From IMG/VR virus record IMGVR_UViG_3300035698_020436: a stretch of 64,000 nucleotides of DNA, one strand, 5' to 3'. The DNA is from an uncultured virus (IMG/VR IMGVR_UViG_3300035698_020436). Taxonomy: Duplodnaviria > Heunggongvirae > Uroviricota > Caudoviricetes. Made by a program: the position numbers and the translations under genes. How positions within the stretch are numbered: the first letter of the stretch is position 1; every line of letters begins with the position of its first letter. Of this stretch, positions 11,449 through 21,830 are shown piece by piece. The notes below the pieces were generated by a model that ran no database searches, was not told the origin of the DNA, and saw nothing but the letters and a program-made list of their open reading frames with translations.

Positions 11449-11976
11449 TTAATTCTCCTGTAAATGTTTATTCCTGACTGTCGTGACATGTGCCACAATG
11501 GAGTCAGTTCTTGTCATCCGTTTGTCTTTGGTGTGGTGTTCAAAGGTCATATCTGTGATAACGGCTTTTGGTTTATCCAATACTTCTTGCGGGATTGAAT
11601 TCGGCCATACCGGTTTTATAGTCTTAAACTCACAGGTAACTCGGAGAGTCACATTTTTCATGTTGGGGATGTGGATAGTTGAACCACTGAGTTTCCCACC
11701 GTGTCCGACTGCTTTCAAGGCATCGTTGATGGGGCCTAAAAAATTATTTATTGCTTGGACTCTTGTATTTGTAGCCTTGTCAAAACAAGCCTTATGGTAA
11801 ATACCGTTCAGCATTGGGTAATCGGTATTACCCAAACGTACCCAGTAGGCTTTAGTGCCTTTGTCTACAGGTTTTCCGCAGCAAGGGCAGCCATTTGTGG
11901 TTTGGTGGATGAACACGAAGTCTGAGTTTTCTTTGAGGTATTCACCTTCTTCTTTGGTGTAAGTTTTCATTGCCAT
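11449..11976 (-). CDS. hypothetical protein with CxCC/HxxC motif, paralog of 12017-12220
   Basis: AGGAG RBS before ATG 11976 (MAMKTYTKEE); leader duplicated with the neighbouring gene. Confidence 0.7.
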   Translation of the reverse strand: MAMKTYTKEEGEYLKENSDFVFIHQTTNGCPCCGKPVDKGTKAYWVRLGNTDYPMLNGIYHKACFDKATNTRVQAINNFLGPINDALKAVGHGGKLSGSTIHIPNMKNVTLRVTCEFKTIKPVWPNSIPQEVLDKPKAVITDMTFEHHTKDKRMTRTDSIVAHVTTVRNKHLQEN

Positions 11977-12016
11977 TGTTTTTCTCCTGTTAAAAAGTAT
12001 CTCTCTTGTGCATAAC

Positions 12017-12220
12017 CTATTCTTTAGTAGCTTGTTTATAACAGAATATGTGGTACATAGCAGCTTCAGAAGAACCATTGCCTTGTACCCAATAACTTTC
12101 AGAGTTAGCTTGAATGATTTCCCCACAACAAGAGCAAGTGGTTGCTTGGAGGATTTTTACTCTACGAGCCAGCTCTTTCATATTTTTGATTTCATCTTTG
12201 GTATAAGTTTTCATTTCCAT
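12017..12220 (-). CDS. short paralog of the N-terminus of 11449-11976
   Basis: MEMKTYTKDE...CSCCG...YWV...YHxxC. Confidence 0.65.
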   Translation of the reverse strand: MEMKTYTKDEIKNMKELARRVKILQATTCSCCGEIIQANSESYWVQGNGSSEAAMYHIFCYKQATKE

Positions 12221-12249
12221 TGTTTTCTCCTGTTAAAAAGTGTCTCTCT

Positions 12250-12287
12250 TTCTACTACAACAACCCACAATAAAGAGAAACTAAGCC
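12250..12287 (-). promoter_or_regulatory. 38-bp element copy 8
   Basis: consensus match. Confidence 0.75.
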
Positions 12288-12288
12288 A

Positions 12289-13362
12289 TTAAGATAATTT
12301 TTCCAAAACTTCGTCTGCTATCTCACGGGTTAATCCTGTATCGGTGTCCGTTAGGACAAGACGATCCATCAAATGGGCCATGTCAGTTTCGTCATCAAGG
12401 ATAACAAAACGGGTGTATTGAGGATGCTCTTTTAACCAAGCAGCAATTTCGTCTCCACGTTGTTTCCCATCCAGTTCCGGGGTCATACCGATCATATCAC
12501 CGGTTATCCCACGTCCAAAGAAAAAACTTAGTTCACGGCTGCTTTTCCTCCATGATGAAGAAATAACAATTTGAGCTCCTGTTTTATCAGTAATTTCATT
12601 AAGGAGTTTAACACACTGAGGTGCCATCCAGTAAATGATTTTGAGCATTAATTCTTGGTCGTCCGGCTCCATGTCTACAAGACGTTCTGTGGGTTCGGGT
12701 TTCCCAAGCTTGGCCCATTCTTTTTCAGGTTCCCAATCATCCATAGGGTTCATCACCCCATCCATGTCCAAGAATATGATCGGAGGTGGTTCCATAACGC
12801 CCCTGAGCAGCCCTACAACCTCTGTTAAGGTGTCAAAGCGAGCTTCGTCATAGGACGAGAACAAATCGTGACTCTGAGGCTTGTCAGGCGTTCCGTTTAT
12901 TTCGGATTTCAGTTTTTTATAAACGGTGGCCAGTCGGCCCATTCCTAAGATGGGGTCCCAACTATTCGGGATACGTTTGACTATCTCCTGTTTCGTCAGG
13001 TCCATCATCTTCTGTTTGACTATTTCAAAAGCTAACATTGTTTTCCCACTACCTTGAGTGAGAGCTAACATTTTTTTCCCTTCGTCTTTGATTTTTTCTT
13101 TTGTGTATGCATTCATTAAGTCCTGATAAAACTCAGACAGGAATTTGATTGTATCAGGTTCAGGGAATAATGTGTGGTCAGAAAGTGGACAGGTTGAATC
13201 TGGAGTGTCATTTTTGTAAGCTAGTTTGAGGAATTCCCCAGAAATTGGGTTATACATCCCTCGGGTGGATTTAGGGTGGTGGCAACAATCATGATGATTT
13301 TCACCCCTTCGGTTCCAAGGGCAGTCTTTACAAGATTCAATTTGAGCATATAGAGTTTTCAT
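12289..13362 (-). CDS. Cys-rich N-terminal domain fused to a HAD phosphatase of the RNA-repair (Swiss-army-knife HAD) type
   Basis: IIFLDMDGV, IVISSSWR, RGDEIAAWL, FVILDD motifs. Confidence 0.8.
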   Translation of the reverse strand: MKTLYAQIESCKDCPWNRRGENHHDCCHHPKSTRGMYNPISGEFLKLAYKNDTPDSTCPLSDHTLFPEPDTIKFLSEFYQDLMNAYTKEKIKDEGKKMLALTQGSGKTMLAFEIVKQKMMDLTKQEIVKRIPNSWDPILGMGRLATVYKKLKSEINGTPDKPQSHDLFSSYDEARFDTLTEVVGLLRGVMEPPPIIFLDMDGVMNPMDDWEPEKEWAKLGKPEPTERLVDMEPDDQELMLKIIYWMAPQCVKLLNEITDKTGAQIVISSSWRKSSRELSFFFGRGITGDMIGMTPELDGKQRGDEIAAWLKEHPQYTRFVILDDETDMAHLMDRLVLTDTDTGLTREIADEVLEKLS

Positions 13363-13396
13363 ACTTCAACAACCCACAACTTTCCAAAACTAAGCC
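13359..13396 (-). promoter_or_regulatory. 38-bp element copy 9 (ATG at element position 35)
   Basis: GGCTTAGTTT-TGGAAAGT-TGTGGGTTGTTG-AAGT-ATG. Confidence 0.75.
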
Positions 13397-13981
13397 GATT
13401 TTATTAAACAGTCATCAGTTTCTTTGTTTGATGGAGTATTTTTGACAGCCTCTGAGCATAATTCCCATGCTTGGCTATCTTGGCCAAAGCCCCTCCAAGG
13501 ATTTCATCAAGGGTGCTTACATTGTAATCGTATATCTCATAAACCTCAACTTTTTGTTTCCGGCCTTTCACCAAGGTTTTGCCTGATAATATGACACGTA
13601 CTTCAATTAAATCAGGTGCTGGCCTAATTGCATTTCCCTTAAGCTGTGGTCCATTCTCAAGGGTTTTTTCAAAGGTCCAAACTCCATATGAAGTTTCTGT
13701 AATATCCATACTATCTCCTATCAGAACGGGCAGTCATCACAGGTCTCTATGAAATTAATTTTCTTTGTCATCCTTAAGCCTCTCAAATGTAATTGGAGTA
13801 CTTGTCATCACGTCATTGGATTCAGGCATCTCAGGGGCTGATACGAAACATACTTCTTCTGCATAGGTGATTGTTGCTCCACAACCCATACAGGTTTGAG
13901 GGAGATCCTTGATCGGGGTCACTGTAACTCCATATAAAGTGTCAATGTAGTGAGGGAATGGGCAATTTTTATCACTCATAG

Positions 13982-14605
13982 TTATTTCCTTTTAGGTGTA
14001 AACATTGAGGAAGGGGTCATCATTTTCTGAATTTCTTTTTGCATCATTTTCCGAGCCTCTTTTCCCATCATTTTCTGGTTATTCTGGGAGGTATTAATAA
14101 AAAGACCAGCCAATAGCGTATTTGAGTTATATAAATTCTCTTTACCCCAGTCCATAGTAGACAGCTTTGTTGTGAAACTGCCCGGGTCGATAGTTATCGT
14201 TTTACCTTCTTTTTCAATGCATTGAGGACACTTAACAGTGTCTTGTTGAGTATTATTATCATACCCTGATTTCCAACCAGCAAGCTCCAGAACCGATCCC
14301 GGCTGATACCACTGACCCAACGGGAATGATTCTGTTCGGCCACATTGAGTACAAGTAGCCGAACAGCGGAACGGTGCTTCAGGATTTTGCTGGTATAAAG
14401 GCTTTAGAGGAATATTCAAGAACAAATCTTTAGCAGAATAACTCTTAGTGTGTATTTCGGAAGCTTGTTTACCACACCTCGGACAATCCACAATACCCTG
14501 AGCATAAAACTCCAACCTGTGGTGAATTGTCTTAATCTGAAACAGCATCGGATCATCACAGTTTGGACATTTTCCGCTGTATGTTCTTGTCATTTCCTCT
14601 AGCAT
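13982..14605 (-). CDS. multi-CxxC zinc-ribbon protein
   Basis: four CxxC pairs. Confidence 0.65.
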   Translation of the reverse strand: MLEEMTRTYSGKCPNCDDPMLFQIKTIHHRLEFYAQGIVDCPRCGKQASEIHTKSYSAKDLFLNIPLKPLYQQNPEAPFRCSATCTQCGRTESFPLGQWYQPGSVLELAGWKSGYDNNTQQDTVKCPQCIEKEGKTITIDPGSFTTKLSTMDWGKENLYNSNTLLAGLFINTSQNNQKMMGKEARKMMQKEIQKMMTPSSMFTPKRK

Positions 14606-15000
14606 TAAACCAAGCCTTCCCCCAACTCTTCTGAGAAAGTCCTGATCAGAGCTGTGGCCTCTTTTACCGGCAGACTTTTAACAGCTCTCTTAATCAGGGC
14701 TGTCCGTTCCATAATTGACAGGAAACCTGAACTCTTAGTAGAGAAATCGGGCGTCTCCTCAGATACCCGTGGGTTTCTGATTCTTAGGAGACAAGGGTGT
14801 TTCTCACTGAATTTAATAAGATCCACCCCTTCGTAACAGCTTCGTAACCCCCCGTTGACGGGCTCAGAATAGAAAGGGACATTATAACAACGTAGCCGGG
14901 AACCGACAGTATCAGAAGTTTTTTGGAATCCCAGTAACCTCGTTAGGCTAGATACATAGTATATCTTAGAGGGGTCTATTTTAAGATAAGTTGTTTTCAT
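14605..15000 (-). CDS. putative DNA-binding protein (one HTH-like repeat)
   Basis: YYVSSLTRLLG...YEGVDL. Confidence 0.55.
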   Translation of the reverse strand: MKTTYLKIDPSKIYYVSSLTRLLGFQKTSDTVGSRLRCYNVPFYSEPVNGGLRSCYEGVDLIKFSEKHPCLLRIRNPRVSEETPDFSTKSSGFLSIMERTALIKRAVKSLPVKEATALIRTFSEELGEGLV

Positions 15001-15554
15001 ATTGTACCTTTTTCCAATCCTGTTGTAAAGCCTGTCAGCAATGCTTGTGCTGAATCTACACCCATACCTTCCACAGCTTTTTCAAGAAATCGGTTATTTA
15101 CCGATTTTACTGGTATGTCCTTTAATTTGTTGGGTTTTTTCACAAGCAAGGCTGCATCTTTCCCATAGTACCGTGTTATGGAAAGCTTGAACCCTGCTTG
15201 TTCTTGTTGTAGTGTTGTAGCGTTTCGAACTCCAGCTTGTATTAACCGATTTACGATAGTCGTTGTACCCATTCCGAGAATGTCTGAAATTTCAGAAAGA
15301 GTATAAAGCCTGTAAGGTTCAAAACCGTGAATCAACTCTTTTGGTTTTTCTTCCACTTTCTTAGGCATCTCGAAGCCTGGGTTAAGTATACCAAGGCCGG
15401 CACTAATAACATCCTCTCCTTGATAACCACCACCGTCTATTTTATAACCACGGCTTTTCATCTCTTTTTTGACTTCTTTATAACTGATGCCCAAGAGAAA
15501 CGATAGGTCTGACAAAGTGTATAGGGTGTTAGGGACTACGAGGGGTTGGTTCAT
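14997..15554 (-). CDS. putative DNA-binding protein (two HTH-like repeats)
   Basis: YTLSDLSFLLG...YQGEDV and YTLSEISDILG...YYGKDA. Confidence 0.6.
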   Translation of the reverse strand: MNQPLVVPNTLYTLSDLSFLLGISYKEVKKEMKSRGYKIDGGGYQGEDVISAGLGILNPGFEMPKKVEEKPKELIHGFEPYRLYTLSEISDILGMGTTTIVNRLIQAGVRNATTLQQEQAGFKLSITRYYGKDAALLVKKPNKLKDIPVKSVNNRFLEKAVEGMGVDSAQALLTGFTTGLEKGTI

Positions 15555-16147
15555 GATCTCCTCCCTGACTTTCCTGACAAAATTACCACCATGTTTTCAA
15601 ACTGCTCAATACCTTTTTTCCGTAAAGTTTTTTGGCCTCTAGGAATCCTGGAATTTTTCAAAGAATCCAAGATGTGAGCAGCTCTTTTTTTGCTAAAAGA
15701 TGCCGTTACGGTTGGAGCTGGTGGGACTCTGCCGAGATGTCTGTACACTTCAGACCTGAGATCTTGACATGTCCACGCATAAGCACCAAGCTCAATCAGG
15801 GATATGATTTCTGTTGCAGGCAACAGGCATAAAAGGTGGAAGTTGGTTTTGTGCATGTTAAGCATATGATCTTTGATTATTACATAATTACTACCTGTGA
15901 GACTGCGTATTTCAGTCATCCGTTCATATGCTTGGATAGCCTTAGTAGCTAAGGCCGGTGAAATCAAAGAATACGTAAGGTATAGCCCCCATTTTTTGAA
16001 ATATGGTTCCATATTCCGGAAATGGTTATTCTTTTTGATATCCAAAAGTACCCCACCCATTTTGATGAGGTCATTACGTCTGCCTGTTTTCAATTTATAA
16101 ACGGCAGCTTGGAGTCGAAGTGCTTTTTTAGTGGTTTTCTGTTTCAT
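15551..16147 (-). CDS. basic hypothetical protein, paralog of 16224-16799
   Basis: KL...RR.D.I..G..L..I.....M.P.F.....YL shared. Confidence 0.65.
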   Translation of the reverse strand: MKQKTTKKALRLQAAVYKLKTGRRNDLIKMGGVLLDIKKNNHFRNMEPYFKKWGLYLTYSLISPALATKAIQAYERMTEIRSLTGSNYVIIKDHMLNMHKTNFHLLCLLPATEIISLIELGAYAWTCQDLRSEVYRHLGRVPPAPTVTASFSKKRAAHILDSLKNSRIPRGQKTLRKKGIEQFENMVVILSGKSGRRS

Positions 16148-16223
16148 AGCTCAAGTATCCTCCTTTAAGGATTGGTAAAAAAACTTACTTATATAATTAT
16201 TACCCTAAATTTGTTGGGTATCC

Positions 16224-16799
16224 TTACAAAGCTAATAAACGGCGTTGAAGCCTGAGTTGTAATTCTTTTTTGACAATTCCTTGGTTTCTAGGGGCTTTTA
16301 GTTTATCAAGTCCTTTTATGATCAGGATTAATTCTTGATCATACACAGATAAATTTATTTGCTTTTTCAGAGGGGAGTCTCCACATAGGTTTCTGACTTT
16401 TGATCGTAATTGTCGTTCGTTTAGTTGATTTAGCTGATTGCTTTCCACTAACTCAGCAATATCTTTAACAGGTAATCGACATAGAGTATTCAAGTTTGCT
16501 TTAGACATTTGAAACAGTTGCTTCTGTATGGAATTAGCTCTTTCAGCACCAACAACTTTAAGAAGCCCTTCAAATTTCTCCCAAGTATTAATAGCTCTAT
16601 AGGCATATGACAGTGTGAATCCTTCACTGCCTAAGTATGCTTTCAAGCTGGAAAAACTGGGGGTCATATGTTTGTACAGTTTCTTTTCTCTGATGTTATT
16701 CAGCCACTGACCGAGACCGATGTAATCTTTCCGTCTATTATTTCTTAGTTTCTGTACCTGATTTTTGGCTTTAGACGCTTGGGTCTTTAAATTTTTCAT
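16224..16799 (-). CDS. basic hypothetical protein, paralog of 15551-16147
   Basis: alignment by eye; AAGGAG RBS. Confidence 0.65.
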   Translation of the reverse strand: MKNLKTQASKAKNQVQKLRNNRRKDYIGLGQWLNNIREKKLYKHMTPSFSSLKAYLGSEGFTLSYAYRAINTWEKFEGLLKVVGAERANSIQKQLFQMSKANLNTLCRLPVKDIAELVESNQLNQLNERQLRSKVRNLCGDSPLKKQINLSVYDQELILIIKGLDKLKAPRNQGIVKKELQLRLQRRLLAL

Positions 16800-16810
16800 A
16801 TTGAACTCCT

Positions 16811-17677
16811 TCATTTGGATTGGGTGTGTGGCCCTCTTTTAAGAGGTTCCGCTAAATTATATTCTTTCACATAAAAATTGAGAGTTGGGCCTTCATACTT
16901 TAAGAATTGTGTACGTTCTTCGATCTGGAATGGGACACGAAGACGTTGAAGACGGAATCTAGCACTGTTACGTGTTAATCGAAGTATTGAATTGATTTCT
17001 CCAATACCGTACAGACGATCTTCAAAGAGATCATCTGTAAGAACAAGTGGCGTTAAAAGTCCAGGTTTAAGTGTTTCTTCTTCTAATAACATTTCCCCAG
17101 AATACATAAATTTTTTATCTATTTTGAATTTGGGCAGTCTTCGTAAATGTATTTCTTCAATTGTATGCTCACCACAGATTTCTCTTATTTGCTTGAAGGA
17201 GTAGATTCGATCTGCTCTGATTTTTTCAAGGGTTTCTTTTTTTGTGATGGGTTTGAGTTTCTGTAAGATTTTTGGTGCTTCTTCAGCAGCCTTTAAAAGA
17301 GTAAAACCATAATAAAGACGGTCTTTCCCTTTCACTCCACAGGAAGGGATTTCCTGCCTATCAAACATTGTTTGTGTTTGATAAACTGACTTATTAAGCA
17401 TGACTGATACATTTTTAGCAGTGTATTTTTTATTTGATTCAAGAACAACTGAAAGTTTTCTGTCTGGGAAGGAACTTTTTTTTCCTAATACAATTTTGTT
17501 ACTAAAAAACCCCTCAGTCATAGCTTTTTTAATATCTGACCCTTGATACTTAACAGGTTTTGTTGTTTTTGGTATTTGGAATGCCAGGAGCCTGCTTTTT
17601 ATGGTCCCTTTAGGTAATCCTGACATGTCGGTTAATTCTTGTAGTGAGTATCCTTGTTTTGCATTTATTTTAAGCAT
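16811..17677 (-). CDS. putative DNA-binding protein with four HTH-like repeats
   Basis: four Yxhxxh...YxGxxh units. Confidence 0.6.
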   Translation of the reverse strand: MLKINAKQGYSLQELTDMSGLPKGTIKSRLLAFQIPKTTKPVKYQGSDIKKAMTEGFFSNKIVLGKKSSFPDRKLSVVLESNKKYTAKNVSVMLNKSVYQTQTMFDRQEIPSCGVKGKDRLYYGFTLLKAAEEAPKILQKLKPITKKETLEKIRADRIYSFKQIREICGEHTIEEIHLRRLPKFKIDKKFMYSGEMLLEEETLKPGLLTPLVLTDDLFEDRLYGIGEINSILRLTRNSARFRLQRLRVPFQIEERTQFLKYEGPTLNFYVKEYNLAEPLKRGPHTQSK

Positions 17678-17689
17678 GATATTCTCTCT

Positions 17690-17727
17690 TTCTACTACAA
17701 CAACCCACAACTTTTCAAAACTAAGCC
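17690..17727 (-). promoter_or_regulatory. 38-bp element copy 10
   Basis: consensus match; supplies the stop codon of 17721-19124. Confidence 0.75.
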
Positions 17728-19124
17728 GTGGATGATGGGAATGCTGGATTATCTACATCACCCTCAACCCATTGGATCGGTTCTGTCTGGCTAGGGCTAT
17801 CAGGGTCTCTATATTTTACTAAAGTTCCTTGCTTGATCATATTATGGATAGCAAATTTATTCCAAGCATAAAACCATGGCTCCCCCTTATCAGCATCAAT
17901 TGGCCATTTCATCGGGCCTCTGAGAGCTGTATGGTTTGGATTCAGGTACATGACCATCTGTCCAATCAGTCTTAAAGGGTGGTCATGGAACAAGGTTGTA
18001 AGAACTGTAGATGACGATTTTGGTGAATCATATTTGTACGGAGTAAACTTAGGATCGAAACGACCAGTACCCACCACATACCCCACCCCATTAAAATCTA
18101 ACCCCTGACACGGATAATCCGAACGGATCACAGAAAGGCATCCAATGATATCACTTTCTCTTGGTCTGATAGTTTTCTGGGTAGCTACTTTTTTATTGAC
18201 TTCGTATACAATCAAGCAATGACGCACGGGATCACCGGAGGTTTCTGCTGCTTGAGAGTCATCGTATCCGTGTAGACGGATACTAATTTTGTGGGTATGA
18301 TCAAGCCGAACTTCCGATACCACTGATTTTCCCCCCAGAGTCAATGTGATATCATGTTTGGGATTGACCCATTCAAAGATGGCTCGGACAGATTTTAGAA
18401 TGGTTGTCATTACGCAAAGCAAAGCTTCTGACTCATTAGGAACAGAGATACCCATAATGTCTTCAAGGATCGTCTGTGTGGCCTGTAACAGTGGTGGGGT
18501 AGGCTTTAGTCCTGTCAGCTTGGGTGAAGGCACTACAATACGGTCTCCAAGTATATCCTGTTGAGTTACTTTATGATCTCCTGAGCTGAAAATAGAGTCT
18601 GGGATATTTAGAAGCAAATTTTTAACTGTCTCAGAAGGGATATCAATACCAATTGCTTGGTGGAAAGGTACCTTTCCTTTAATAATAAACGTAGATGGTT
18701 CACGCATCGTGTGTTTCAACTCAAAACTTGTTATTTCTGTGCAAAGCCCACGATGGATTGGTGCAACAGCTGCTGGGATTGGTGTTGGGACGTATGGAGA
18801 GTATCCTCCAGGGGATGGTAAAATTCTAGGAGTTTTATATTCTGAGGTTGTGAACCCTTTCAGCACCCCTTTTGGCTCATCGGGGTCGTCATCATCAAGT
18901 GCAGCTACAGTATCCCAGAGTTTTTTCATACCGTGGTAATCTTTTTCATTTCTTATACCGAGGTGCTCTTTAAAACTCTGAAGGTTTTTTTCATCCTTGA
19001 GATCTTCTTCAAATTCAGCCTTTGATGTCCGAGTAATGTTTTTGTTTTTTGCTACATCGTCAGAATCTTCTGAAATTATCTTGGGTGTCGATTTTCTAAT
19101 TCCTAACCAGTTTCTAAAGCCCAT
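17721..19124 (-). CDS. hypothetical protein
   Basis: 467-aa ORF. Confidence 0.75.
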   Translation of the reverse strand: MGFRNWLGIRKSTPKIISEDSDDVAKNKNITRTSKAEFEEDLKDEKNLQSFKEHLGIRNEKDYHGMKKLWDTVAALDDDDPDEPKGVLKGFTTSEYKTPRILPSPGGYSPYVPTPIPAAVAPIHRGLCTEITSFELKHTMREPSTFIIKGKVPFHQAIGIDIPSETVKNLLLNIPDSIFSSGDHKVTQQDILGDRIVVPSPKLTGLKPTPPLLQATQTILEDIMGISVPNESEALLCVMTTILKSVRAIFEWVNPKHDITLTLGGKSVVSEVRLDHTHKISIRLHGYDDSQAAETSGDPVRHCLIVYEVNKKVATQKTIRPRESDIIGCLSVIRSDYPCQGLDFNGVGYVVGTGRFDPKFTPYKYDSPKSSSTVLTTLFHDHPLRLIGQMVMYLNPNHTALRGPMKWPIDADKGEPWFYAWNKFAIHNMIKQGTLVKYRDPDSPSQTEPIQWVEGDVDNPAFPSSTA

Positions 19125-19845
19125 GGTTCTTTTCCTTATCTAACGGATAACGCCGTTTAAACTCAGGGAGTTGTGCCCACCCTAAATTATTTTCATTAAG
19201 AGACACAATGTTATGTTTTTTCACATACTCAATGTTTCTGTTTTTCGGGTGAACCCATTGTTGTGTTTCCAGATCATAAAAAGTTAATTCTGTGGGTGAT
19301 AATATTATGTCATTAGATGGTCGGAAATGATATTCCAAGTCTTCATCAAATTCCCTACTTAACAACATATTATCTACCCCAAGTCCATGATGTCTCATAA
19401 CAGAATACTGCCGGAAGAACTGTCGGACTCCAGTGCTAACTTCATGAATGTACACCCCAAGCATTTGAGAAATACAACCAATAATGTCAGCTTCTTCGGT
19501 AGATAACACTGTCTTATCAAACAGTACCCTTTTGCTATAGTCCATTTCATCCAGTACCTGCAACATTACTTGCAGGGTGTTCTCTCCGTTAAGGGCTATA
19601 AACACTTGAATACGAGGGGCTAGTACCCCTGATAACAACATGATATTTTTATTGACAATAATTTCCCATTCTTTAGTGATATGAACCCAAGGCAAGATTT
19701 CAGTAGCATGTGGGATAATACGGACAATTGCTATTGTATTTCTTGGTCCAGCAGAATAGTCAGAGTTACGTTCAAGCTCCTGTTGTGTAAATGTGAGTTC
19801 TTCAACTTGTTTGAGGAACTCAGGGATTTTATGCCTGACAGTCAT
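19114..19845 (-). CDS. hypothetical protein
   Basis: 243-aa ORF overlapping its neighbours in operon fashion. Confidence 0.7.
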   Translation of the reverse strand: MTVRHKIPEFLKQVEELTFTQQELERNSDYSAGPRNTIAIVRIIPHATEILPWVHITKEWEIIVNKNIMLLSGVLAPRIQVFIALNGENTLQVMLQVLDEMDYSKRVLFDKTVLSTEEADIIGCISQMLGVYIHEVSTGVRQFFRQYSVMRHHGLGVDNMLLSREFDEDLEYHFRPSNDIILSPTELTFYDLETQQWVHPKNRNIEYVKKHNIVSLNENNLGWAQLPEFKRRYPLDKEKNHGL

Positions 19846-20369
19846 TTTAAATCCCCTGCCACCACTCCAAGTTTTTTATCTAATGCATTCAGTATTGCTA
19901 TCAAGGCATCGGAATAGCCTTCGTTGTAAGTAGAGTATGCTTCCTTTTCTATTTGCTTTTGAAGCTGATGAATCTTGGTCAGGAGTCCTTTTCGGATTCC
20001 AGCCAGACCACCAATAATGTTCTGGGCATCATTCCCGATGGTCAGGATGTCTTTCAAAGCAATATTGACCCGTTCTTGAGCTTCCTCTTTGATTTGATCC
20101 TCTTTACCTGATGCAGTGAAATCAGCACTCCATGTTGAAAATGACATAGCATCTAGGGTACTACTATCAGGGAACTCAAGAAAACTTGTATCTAAAAGTG
20201 GCCTGTAACCAGGGGCTTCTGTTGCAGCAAAATGACAGCCTTGAGGGAACGGTTTTTTCAGTTTGCTTAGGACTTTTACACACTCTGGGTGTGTGCAAGG
20301 CGGATCATGAATCGTCATCGGTGCATTCGGACACCCCTTACAAGTTGGGAAAAGCAGTGGGGGTTTCAT
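19842..20369 (-). CDS. hypothetical Cys/His protein, distant member of the 6891/12289 family
   Basis: CKGCP...CTHPE...FP. Confidence 0.6.
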   Translation of the reverse strand: MKPPLLFPTCKGCPNAPMTIHDPPCTHPECVKVLSKLKKPFPQGCHFAATEAPGYRPLLDTSFLEFPDSSTLDAMSFSTWSADFTASGKEDQIKEEAQERVNIALKDILTIGNDAQNIIGGLAGIRKGLLTKIHQLQKQIEKEAYSTYNEGYSDALIAILNALDKKLGVVAGDLK

Positions 20370-21787
20370 TTTTCTGTTCCTGTCAGATCAAGTTCCATAT
20401 TTTCACCAAGTTCCAAGTGAGCCTCTTCGGAAGTTGCAAATTTCTCTAGTCCTATGAGGGACTTACAGATAGGGCAGTGTTCCGTAGAAATTATGTACCA
20501 CTGTTCCTTTTCATCTTGGATGTTGAGTTTCACCACCTGGAAATCCAGTTCTGTTTTACATTTGGGGCATTCTTTTATCATTAACAGTTTCCAGTTCTGA
20601 GTTTTAAAACACTTTCACCAATCATAATTGCTATAGGGATAATTTTTTCTAATGCATTAGATGCTGAAAGAGCTTCTTCGGTGTCATTGATTATGGCATC
20701 AAGGCAGTCCATTACAAAGTCTCGGACGGCCTCAACGGAAATAGAAAATTCCCCAGTGGCTATTGGAGAGTCCATCTGGCCTATAGAACTACGTGGGTGC
20801 AGACTCCCAATTATAATCTCTGGAGTGTCTGGGTCGAAGACAAATGCCAACATGAAAGGTCCGAGTTTTTCACTGGTAATAATAGATGTTTGACGGCCTT
20901 TTATCTGTCGAATAAAAGCATTTGGGATTGAGGCCTTTCTTAGGCCTTCGTGGATAGTCCACGCCCATAAATTCTCAGTGCCTTCTTTTACGAAGGATTC
21001 GAGAGATTGGTTGATTTTTAGGTCTGGTATCATTGATTAACACCATCTTTCTTTAGCTGCTTCGTAAAGCTCAACACCATATTCAAATTTACCCAGAGTC
21101 ATGTTAAGTAAAGCAGTCAGGTAAGCAGCCGTGCTTTGGTCAGGTTTCAAACCAAACCTTGCAGCCACATAATCTATGGAGTGGTGTCCACCATCAATCA
21201 TTGCCCATGAATGAGCCACTTGACCGTTATAGTAGGTCACCAAGAAATGAGCATTGGTGCCACCTACCAACTCTATCAAGGAGTCAGGGAGTTTGTTGAA
21301 TAGGACGGCATAACGATAGCCGTCCCCAGGTTCCCAGACGATTGCTTGGGAGTTGGGGTCTTCAATCCCAGCATTGGTAAGTGCTACCCGACCGATTTTT
21401 TGGTCCTGTATTTTCATTGTAGTTTTGTTTAAGTCCATTATTTTGCTGCCTTTCTTACGAATATGTAACGATGAGTAGCATCACCAACAAACCAGCGTTT
21501 TGATGCTTCAAGAGCTTCTTCATACAACCAAGCCTCTTTTGAACCTGCCAGAATCAGGAACCCGTCCAAACCGGAGTCAGAACGAAGTACCCAGCCCTGA
21601 TTGTTTTTGACCAGTTCAGCACCACGATAGCCATCACGGAATAATTCTTCCTGAGTGTCTGTCAAAGTGGCACCGTTCGACATAGCTGCTTCGGTCAGTT
21701 CGTCTATCCAATCGACAGTTTTCTGGCCAGCGGTAATTTCAAAATGTTTAGGGTCTAACATGGTTTTTCTCCTATGATTGTTAGTCT

Positions 21788-21825
21788 TTCTACCCCAACA
21801 ACCCACAAAAAATGAAAACTAAGCC
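21788..21825 (-). promoter_or_regulatory. 38-bp element copy 11
   Basis: consensus match (GGGTAGAA end). Confidence 0.75.
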
Positions 21826-21830
21826 AAAAC

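Noticed and set aside
13030..13085. Walker A-like TQGSGKT in the HAD fusion protein
   Set aside because: It lies in a local duplication (GKKMLAL/GKTMLAF) with no preceding beta strand or Walker B; not supportable as a kinase
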